From sequence record OZ346228.1: DNA of 64,000 bases; one strand, 5' to 3'. The position numbers were made by a program, and so were the translations under genes. This stretch comes from a phage. The notes below the pieces were generated by a model that saw nothing but the letters and a program-made list of their open reading frames with translations, was not told the origin of the DNA and did no database searches. Of this stretch, positions 58,595-64,000 are shown piece after piece; position 1 is the stretch's first letter, and each line of letters opens with the position of its first letter.

Positions 58595-59149
58595 ATGAAA
58601 TACTTTGTAACAAGCGACACACACTTTCTCCACCAGCGGGTCATGGAGTTTGATTCATGTCAAAAACACAGATCTCAGTATGATCACAATCTTGACAGTA
58701 TGAATGCAGGAATCATCGCCGAGTGGAACTCTGTTGTGTCACCTGCAGACACTGTGTTCCACTTGGGAGATATTGCGTGCACTAATGATAAGAATATCAA
58801 CAACTTACTTCCAGATATTCTAAATATGTTGAACGGACATATTATTCTTGTTCGTGGCAACCATGACACAAGGACGACTGTCAGAATTATGAAAGAGTTC
58901 GGTCATGAGGTTGTAGATTATTACGAGCTTCGCCACAACAAGAATTTGATCTGTATGAGCCATTACCAGTTTGCAAAGTGGAACAGAAAGCCTCACGGAT
59001 CAGTCCAACTGTTCGGTCATGCTCACGGAACCACACAACAGTTGTTTGGCAGGCAGCTTGATGTCGGTTGGGATGTGTGGGGGAGACTCTTACCATTAGA
59101 AGAGGCATACCGTATTGCAATGAGTTTTGATATTGACAGCAGGGAGTAA
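58595..59149 (+). CDS. calcineurin-like metallophosphoesterase
   Basis: SDTHF, GDIACTND and VRGNHD motifs; RBS gagga before ATG (MKYFVTSD...). Confidence 0.75.
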   Translation: MKYFVTSDTHFLHQRVMEFDSCQKHRSQYDHNLDSMNAGIIAEWNSVVSPADTVFHLGDIACTNDKNINNLLPDILNMLNGHIILVRGNHDTRTTVRIMKEFGHEVVDYYELRHNKNLICMSHYQFAKWNRKPHGSVQLFGHAHGTTQQLFGRQLDVGWDVWGRLLPLEEAYRIAMSFDIDSRE

Positions 59150-59196
59150 TCCCTGCTATTTTAAAGAAAATTGCCACACAAGGAGAATCAGGAGAT

Positions 59197-59547
59197 ATGA
59201 AAGATGGGGATAAGCTGCTATATCTTAAAGTCCCCCTTGAAATACTATCTATGTCAAAAGTTTTGAATGACACAACTGGGGAGGTTGTTGTTCTTGACTT
59301 GTATGACAAGATCGTATACTGCTACCTGCACAACTGGTATAAGCTTGGAGGAAATTCACGCTTCACACCAAGCACAAGGAAAATTGCAGCAGATGTTGGG
59401 ATAAAGAAAACAAAAGCAGCAGCGTGCGTTAAAACTTTAGAATGTGCAGGAGTGGTTGAAACATCCACACAAGGGAGAGGTAAAAGATGCACATTTTCCA
59501 AAGTTTTGCCACCAGAAGAAGTTATTCGGATGTCAACAACTGGTTAG
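59197..59547 (+). CDS. putative DNA-binding regulator (winged-helix-like), tentative
   Basis: HTH-like segment STRKIAADVGIKKTKAAACVKTLECAGVV; followed by palindromic operator array. Confidence 0.4.
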   Translation: MKDGDKLLYLKVPLEILSMSKVLNDTTGEVVVLDLYDKIVYCYLHNWYKLGGNSRFTPSTRKIAADVGIKKTKAAACVKTLECAGVVETSTQGRGKRCTFSKVLPPEEVIRMSTTG

Positions 59548-59619
59548 ACCAGTAAAAACTTAAATATCTGTACTATAAGGATTCGTATGTTTTATGTTCG
59601 CCATGGAACGGATACTATT

Positions 59620-59705
59620 AACTGTCCGTGATACGGACACTACTGTCCGTCACGCGGACACATCTGCCCGTAATACGGACACTAACTGTCCGTGATACGG
59701 ACACA
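59620..59705. promoter_or_regulatory. four tandem palindromic operator-like sites
   Basis: GTCCGTgatACGGAC (59624-59638), GTCCGTcacgCGGAC, GCCCGTaatACGGAC, GTCCGTgatACGGAC (59688-59702), centre-to-centre about 21 bp. Confidence 0.6.
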
Positions 59706-59825
59706 TAAAGAATATAACTAAAATAACTAAATAATAAAAAATAAAAGATCTAGTACTTATGGTACTAAGTACATATACTTAACTTATGTAGAATATACTA
59801 GATCCTAAGTACCATGTTTTAAATT

Positions 59826-60110
59826 TATTACTTACTATGGGCAGTGTCGGCCCTTCATTGGCACTCGCCTACGAGGGGGCGAGATGCCGGGCCTCCTTGG
59901 CGCACACAATAACAGAAGTTCATACATGCAGGTCTGTTAACATGTGTGGGAGCGAAGCGATAGCGCAGGCCAAAGGCCGAGCACTGATGTGGACCACCGA
60001 CGAAAGCTTGCCAGCGCCGTAAGGAGTCGGTTGAGAGTCTCCCGCGCGAGCTTGGATGAAGTTTATGTGTGGAAACTGACAAGAAGGCCCCTAAATCGCT
60101 CCACAGCTAT
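59826..60110. other. GC-rich non-coding island, candidate structured RNA
   Basis: Abrupt rise in GC relative to flanking AT-rich DNA; hairpins such as cgcc-tacgaggg-ggcg; no convincing ORF or RBS. Confidence 0.35.
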
Positions 60111-60208
60111 ATAAACTATACCAGGTAATGCAATCGCACCAGTTTGATAGAAAAGCTCGTTACAAAGCGATACAGTGAGTTTTTCTATAACTTGAAGAGG
60201 AGGCAGCT

Positions 60209-60787
60209 ATGGGTTCACGCAAAGATGACCGTGAAAAGATTGCAAAACGTTATCAGAATGAAGAACAGATGGAGAAAACTTTCAAGTGGAAGCCAGGTTT
60301 CCAGCGTAATCATTCTAACGCTCGTGATCGTAAGCATCCGGATAAGTGGCTAACACCGCCAAATGATGGCATGCAGGTTGGGGATGAGAAGGAGATGTCG
60401 CCTGGAAAAGATGGCAACTACATTCGCACTAAGGACGCTGGTCCAAAGGATGACAGCTATCTTGTAGATAAGGTTCTTGATGGTATCAATGTAGATGTTG
60501 ACACTGCACGAAACCTTTTTCTTGGGTGGTATCGCACAGGTTTTTTCGACATCAAGGCTATTCGTCGTGTTTGTGATATTAAAAAGTCTGCATATGATGA
60601 CGACTCGTTACATCGCACCCTGAGACAATATTCAGAAAGATATGGTCATCCGGTTATCACTCTTGACGATGTTAACGAAGTGATGTATCATGCAGAGGTT
60701 GTTGCAGGAAGATTCGGTGATGCATATCTTGATATCCTTTCTGCAAAGGATGAGGTAATGTTAAATAAGATTTACTATGAACGCTGA
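60209..60787 (+). CDS. hypothetical protein
   Basis: RBS aagaggagg; 192 aa. Confidence 0.6.
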   Translation: MGSRKDDREKIAKRYQNEEQMEKTFKWKPGFQRNHSNARDRKHPDKWLTPPNDGMQVGDEKEMSPGKDGNYIRTKDAGPKDDSYLVDKVLDGINVDVDTARNLFLGWYRTGFFDIKAIRRVCDIKKSAYDDDSLHRTLRQYSERYGHPVITLDDVNEVMYHAEVVAGRFGDAYLDILSAKDEVMLNKIYYER

Positions 60788-60797
60788 GGAGCGCTTA

Positions 60798-60986
60798 ATG
60801 AACAACCCGGTAGCAAAGAACTGTAATAAGTTCAACAAGTCTGCAATTCACACTGACAGGAAAAAGAGCTGGTCTCCTGACATTGACGAGGAGCTTGAGA
60901 GTTACTTTGAAGACCTGGTCACTAATGCAGATGAGGTTGCGATTAAAGAATACGCAGACAGGAAGGATAAGGCCGGAATCTGTTGA
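60798..60986 (+). CDS. hypothetical protein
   Basis: RBS gaggag before ATG (MNNPVAK...). Confidence 0.45.
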   Translation: MNNPVAKNCNKFNKSAIHTDRKKSWSPDIDEELESYFEDLVTNADEVAIKEYADRKDKAGIC

Positions 60987-61062
60987 CAAAAATAGTGTTA
61001 CCTGATAAGATCTGCAATATGATGTGATGCAATTTTAACTTACGAGGTCTACAGGTAATGCT

Positions 61063-61305
61063 ATGTTTAAGGTTAAGCTCGTTTTTCGTTCCATGAATGA
61101 GGATTATTTAGAAGATGAAGGTGAATTTCGTGCACTGGATGATGCAATAGATTTTGCCAACGACTTAGCTTGTATGAATACGGGTTATGGGCTATGCTGT
61201 TGGGATGGTGGTGTTCAGATCGGTGATAGCAAGATCTTCTACTTCTACCCTGAACCTGATAACAAACAAATTAAGTATGTTTTATTTATTTGTGCTTTAC
61301 AATGA
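61063..61305 (+). CDS. hypothetical protein
   Basis: RBS-like gaggt; 80 aa. Confidence 0.45.
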   Translation: MFKVKLVFRSMNEDYLEDEGEFRALDDAIDFANDLACMNTGYGLCCWDGGVQIGDSKIFYFYPEPDNKQIKYVLFICALQ

Positions 61306-61329
61306 GGTTGTTTTCGTGTATCATGATGA

Positions 61330-61590
61330 ATATCCAATTTAAAGATGAATTTGATGGCTTTATCTCCGGATGCTTTGAAACAGGGTTCGGAGAAGGCTGA
61401 GTTCCCCTTAGAGGGCTTGATAGTGCACCACACTTAAAATGGTAGGGGCAGCCAGCACATGACGATGTGACCCCAGCCAACCTGTAATAAGGTCGAGCCA
61501 AAGTGCGGTAATGGGCTCTGGTAACCCACTTGTTGGGTCTTGCTGGTCCAGGACGCTGGACAAGTCGCAGGGAATACCACCCTGCGGCGA
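61330..61590. other. second GC-rich non-coding island, candidate structured RNA or leader
   Basis: GC-rich, hairpins cgcaggg-aatacca-ccctgcg and gtccag-gacg-ctggac; overlapping ORFs on both strands lack RBS. Confidence 0.3.
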
Positions 61591-61592
61591 AC

Positions 61593-61621
61593 TTGACAAT
61601 CAGTATTTGCTATGATAAAAT
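61593..61621 (+). promoter_or_regulatory. sigma70-type promoter followed by 12 bp perfect palindrome TATCACGTGATA (61627-61638)
   Basis: TTGACA, 17 nt spacer, TAAAAT. Confidence 0.65.
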
Positions 61622-61649
61622 CCACCTATCACGTGATAATGGAGGAAAC

Positions 61650-61988
61650 ATGGCGGATACAACTAAAAAGCGTCGCCGTAGAGGCAGACCTCTGAAAGAG
61701 GAGTCCAACGCCATTCAGCTAGAGAAGAACATCCTTGATATGAAGGAATCTTTTATAGCGATGGTTCCAGAAGCTCACAAAGTTTTAAGAGAGCTGATGT
61801 TGGACCCGAAAACCAAACAAAATATTCGTCAAAGCATTGCAGAGTATGTTCTTGATAAGGCAGACCGAATGCAGGAAGAATATGATGAGATGTTTGGTGA
61901 AGAGGAAGAGGTGGTAGTAGAAGAGGCTGAAAAACCAGCACCTTTTATGCCATTCACCACAGAAATACAGCCTGTTGGCAATAGTTAA
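61650..61988 (+). CDS. small basic/acidic DNA-binding-like protein
   Basis: RBS ggagg; N-terminal KKRRRRGRPLKE (AT-hook-like), acidic C-terminus. Confidence 0.55.
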   Translation: MADTTKKRRRRGRPLKEESNAIQLEKNILDMKESFIAMVPEAHKVLRELMLDPKTKQNIRQSIAEYVLDKADRMQEEYDEMFGEEEEVVVEEAEKPAPFMPFTTEIQPVGNS

Positions 61989-61997
61989 AATATTTTC

Positions 61998-62026
61998 TTG
62001 ACAAACTTTGCTTAACAGTGTAATAT
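61998..62026 (+). promoter_or_regulatory. sigma70-type promoter upstream of tRNA cluster
   Basis: TTGACA, 17 nt spacer, TAATAT. Confidence 0.65.
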
Positions 62027-62084
62027 TGTAAACATGGTCTCCCACCTTTTCTGGCGGCTAAGGTGTAAAAGAAAGCCACCCAGT

Positions 62085-62159
62085 GCCCTGTTAGCTTAGT
62101 GGATAAAGCAGCGGCCTTCTAAGCCGTTGACACTGGTTCGAGTCCAGTACGGGGTGCCA
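62085..62159 (+). tRNA. tRNA-Arg (anticodon TCT)
   Basis: Manual fold: D stem GCTT/AAGC, anticodon loop CTTCTAA, T loop TTCGAGT, 3' CCA encoded; acceptor stem has two G-U pairs. Confidence 0.7.
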
Positions 62160-62163
62160 AATT

Positions 62164-62250
62164 GGGGAGTTATCCCGTAGAGGTAGCGGTGTAGACTGTA
62201 AATCTATTGTCATTGCGACTCGGGTGGTTCGACTCCACCACTCCCCACCA
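62164..62250 (+). tRNA. tRNA-Tyr (anticodon GTA), long variable arm
   Basis: Acceptor GGGGAGT/ACTCCCC, anticodon loop CTGTAAA, T loop TTCGACT, CCA encoded. Confidence 0.8.
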
Positions 62251-62364
62251 AATTTATATTTTTAGATGCATAAATAATACAGATAATGGCATTGATATTT
62301 ATCGTCGTTTATACTAGTCACTAACTGCTCGAAAATCAGTGTCATTATCAGTATTATTTATAAA

Positions 62365-62455
62365 GGAGGGTAGGGAGCAATGGTGCTCAATCGGTCTTGA
62401 AAACCGTCCCGTTGAGGATGACTCGATGATGGTTCGATTCCATTACTCTCCGCCA
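62365..62455 (+). tRNA. tRNA-Ser (anticodon TGA), long variable arm
   Basis: Acceptor GGAGGGT/ACTCTCC, anticodon loop CTTGAAA, T loop TTCGATT, CCA encoded. Confidence 0.7.
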
Positions 62456-62553
62456 CATTGTTGACCTTGTAATTAAGCGAAAGTCGGAAGCAGAACCGGA
62501 TTATCAAATGTTACAGTCGTCATCGCCGACTAGCAACATGGTCAACATACTGA

Positions 62554-62652
62554 GCTAGGTAAGCCCTTTGGCAAGGGCGAGGATTTTTAATCCTGAAAAT
62601 AGACGAGGTAGTCGTTGAATACATAGGTGGTTCGATTCCATCACCTAGCACC
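62554..62652 (+). tRNA. atypical tRNA-like gene; anticodon loop TTTTTAA (Lys-TTT-like), about 28 nt extra between anticodon and T arms; may be a pseudo-tRNA
   Basis: Acceptor GCTAGGT/ACCTAGC, D arm GCCC-TTTGGCAA-GGGC, T loop TTCGATT; variable region far longer than class I; CCA not fully encoded. Confidence 0.35.
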
Positions 62653-62657
62653 TTTTT

Positions 62658-62733
62658 GCTGATGTAGCACAATCGGTAGTGCAATTGATTTGTAATCAAT
62701 AGGTTGTAGGTTCAAGTCCTGCCATCAGCACCA
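62658..62733 (+). tRNA. tRNA-Thr (anticodon TGT)
   Basis: Acceptor GCTGATG/CATCAGC, anticodon stem-loop ATTGA-TTTGTAA-TCAAT, T loop TTCAAGT, CCA encoded. Confidence 0.8.
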
Positions 62734-62734
62734 A

Positions 62735-62809
62735 GGCCCTGTAGCTGGAAGGTTCAAGCAAGCGACTCATAATCGCCAGACGGTGGTTCAATTCCACCCA
62801 GGGCCACCA
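62735..62809 (+). tRNA. tRNA-Met/Ile2-type (anticodon CAT)
   Basis: Acceptor GGCCCTG/CAGGGCC, anticodon loop CTCATAA, T loop TTCAATT, CCA encoded. Confidence 0.8.
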
Positions 62810-62820
62810 AATAGTAAATA

Positions 62821-62897
62821 CTCCGCGTAGCTCAGCTTGGTAGAGCGCCTGATTTGGGATCAGGAGGTCGAGTGTTCGAATCACTCCGTGGAGACCA
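62821..62897 (+). tRNA. tRNA-Pro (anticodon TGG)
   Basis: C1-G72 acceptor, D stem GCTC/GAGC, anticodon stem-loop CCTGA-TTTGGGA-TCAGG, T loop TTCGAAT, CCA encoded. Confidence 0.8.
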
Positions 62898-62943
62898 CTT
62901 TCAGTTATACTTTAAACATATATAAACAAAAGGAACCTTTAAA

Positions 62944-63213
62944 ATGTATACACTTAAAATTGTAGAGCGTGTAAATCCAACTCATACCGTAGATTTTCGT
63001 GACGATTTCAATCCTCTGGCTGTAAATCTTCGAGAGTCATATCATGAACTCAGCTGCGATGCAGTGGTGGTCTTTTTTGAAGACAACTCTGAAGGGGCGG
63101 TAGCTTGTGTTGTTGATAGTGAGCAGAAGTTTTATATTTACAGAGATGTAGATGCATACTTGATGAATGAAAACGCAGTTACTGTTAGAATCATCCACCG
63201 AGTGCCTCGATAA
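62944..63213 (+). CDS. hypothetical protein
   Basis: RBS aaaaggaacc; terminator downstream. Confidence 0.55.
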   Translation: MYTLKIVERVNPTHTVDFRDDFNPLAVNLRESYHELSCDAVVVFFEDNSEGAVACVVDSEQKFYIYRDVDAYLMNENAVTVRIIHRVPR

Positions 63214-63265
63214 GTATTAGTCTCCTTTTAGTTAGTTTCGATCTATTTAGGTTACTCAATTTTAA

Positions 63266-63300
63266 CCCGCCCCGTTAGCTGTATAGCTGCGGGGTTTTTT
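63266..63300 (+). terminator. rho-independent terminator
   Basis: GC-rich hairpin ccccg...agctgtatagct...cgggg followed by tttttt. Confidence 0.8.
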
Positions 63301-63318
63301 CGTTTCTGGAGCCTTAAA

Positions 63319-63717
63319 ATGATTTCAGGTTTAACATGGCTGAGTAGGTATAGAGGGATCATAAAAGGTTTAGTTTTTGCAGCGGCTATAGGTACAGCTT
63401 ATCTTGGGGCCGTGTATTGGTTTAACTCTAAGCTTAATGAAGCCTACCAAGAAGGTGTGTTAGCAACAGAGTTGAAGTGGGAACGGATCCTTGATCAGCA
63501 ACAAAAGCAGGCCGACAAAATTAAAATGGGCCACGCAGAGGAGGTTAAAAACCTTGAAAAATCCCTTTCTGATCTACAGGATAAATTAAATATAGCTGAG
63601 AGGGCAGGTAGAGAAAAGCAGATTATCTACCTCCAATCACCTGAAGGTAAGAAGTCAACACTTCCTGATCAGCTTATAGATATTTATAATGAGAGTATCA
63701 ATCAGGAGGATCGATGA
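63319..63717 (+). CDS. i-spanin (Rz-like)
   Basis: N-terminal transmembrane segment followed by charged coiled-coil-like periplasmic domain; immediately followed by lipoprotein ORF. Confidence 0.55.
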   Translation: MISGLTWLSRYRGIIKGLVFAAAIGTAYLGAVYWFNSKLNEAYQEGVLATELKWERILDQQQKQADKIKMGHAEEVKNLEKSLSDLQDKLNIAERAGREKQIIYLQSPEGKKSTLPDQLIDIYNESINQEDR

Positions 63718-64000
63718 GAGTTGCCGCACTGTTTATTGCGTGCTTGTTATTATGTGGGTGTGCAACAAGCGTTGAGAGAGAATACAAGATTGACCCTCCG
63801 GATGTAGGAAGGTTGATTGTTAAACCCCCAGAAGGTGCCATGAAACCACCTGCTAAGGCTATGCCTTTGAAGAAAGGTGCGCCAGATGCAGTGAATTCTG
63901 GCATTATGAGGGATAATAATCTGTCTTGTAGCAATGATAGAGCTAAATTGATCATTTTGCAAGACTATATTAGAACACTGTTTCCAAAGGAGAGAGGTTA
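63714..64000 (+). CDS. o-spanin (Rz1-like) lipoprotein, 3' end beyond window
   Basis: ATGA overlap with Rz-like gene; signal/lipobox-like LLLCGC, Pro-rich mature region, ...PKERG reminiscent of lambda Rz1; no stop before window end. Confidence 0.5.
   Translation, partial: MRVAALFIACLLLCGCATSVEREYKIDPPDVGRLIVKPPEGAMKPPAKAMPLKKGAPDAVNSGIMRDNNLSCSNDRAKLIILQDYIRTLFPKERG

Noticed and set aside
59620-59705. Four palindromic repeats as terminal inverted repeats of an insertion sequence
   Set aside because: They are tandem and co-oriented at about 21 bp spacing with no transposase nearby; operator array is the simpler reading.
59837-60082. ORFs on both strands inside the first GC-rich island (59837-60022 +, 59855-60082 -)
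   Set aside because: Mutually overlapping on opposite strands, no RBS, Ala/Arg/Gly-rich composition expected from random GC-rich DNA.
1-64000. Temperate phage, prophage or integrative element interpretation
   Set aside because: No integrase, repressor/Cro pair, attachment-site-like tRNA junction or host genes are visible; content is typical of a virulent phage replication and takeover region.

Overview
This window reads as part of a large virulent dsDNA phage genome (no integrase or lysogeny genes seen), organised in three transcription blocks. Block 1 (+ strand, 1-18250): the 3' part of a T7/PolI-like family A DNA polymerase gene interrupted at motif C by an HNH endonuclease-bearing intervening sequence, then a compact array of small early ORFs (including an SSB-like protein ending in DDDIPF and a macro-domain protein), an iteron-like non-coding tract, two Fur-box-like repeats, and a set of small ORFs each driven by its own sigma70-type promoter, with a repeated promoter/palindrome element. 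A 2.2 kb palindrome-dense non-coding region (18250-20430) separates this from block 2 (- strand, 20436-58076): about 35 small ORFs including a tandem paralogue family and a ribosome hibernation factor (HPF) homologue, then a nucleotide-metabolism/replication/recombination cluster (two DNA MTases, ClpP-like peptidase, PhoH, NrdG, intron-split NrdD, glutaredoxin, NrdB, NrdA, ThyX-like, HAD nucleotidase, dNMP kinase, DnaQ-like exonuclease, Endo VII, RuvC-like, flap endonuclease, lambda R-like endolysin, ATP-dependent DNA ligase, MazG-like, Sir2-like, T4 Rnl1-like RNA ligase). Block 3 (+ strand, 58119-64000): PNK-like kinase and metallophosphoesterase, a putative regulator followed by four tandem palindromic operators, two GC-rich non-coding islands, a cluster of six tRNAs plus one atypical tRNA-like gene, and Rz/Rz1-like spanins. 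All calls come from reading the sequence and ORF track by eye against remembered family motifs; no searches or folding were run. Start codons of many small ORFs and all intron boundaries are approximate.
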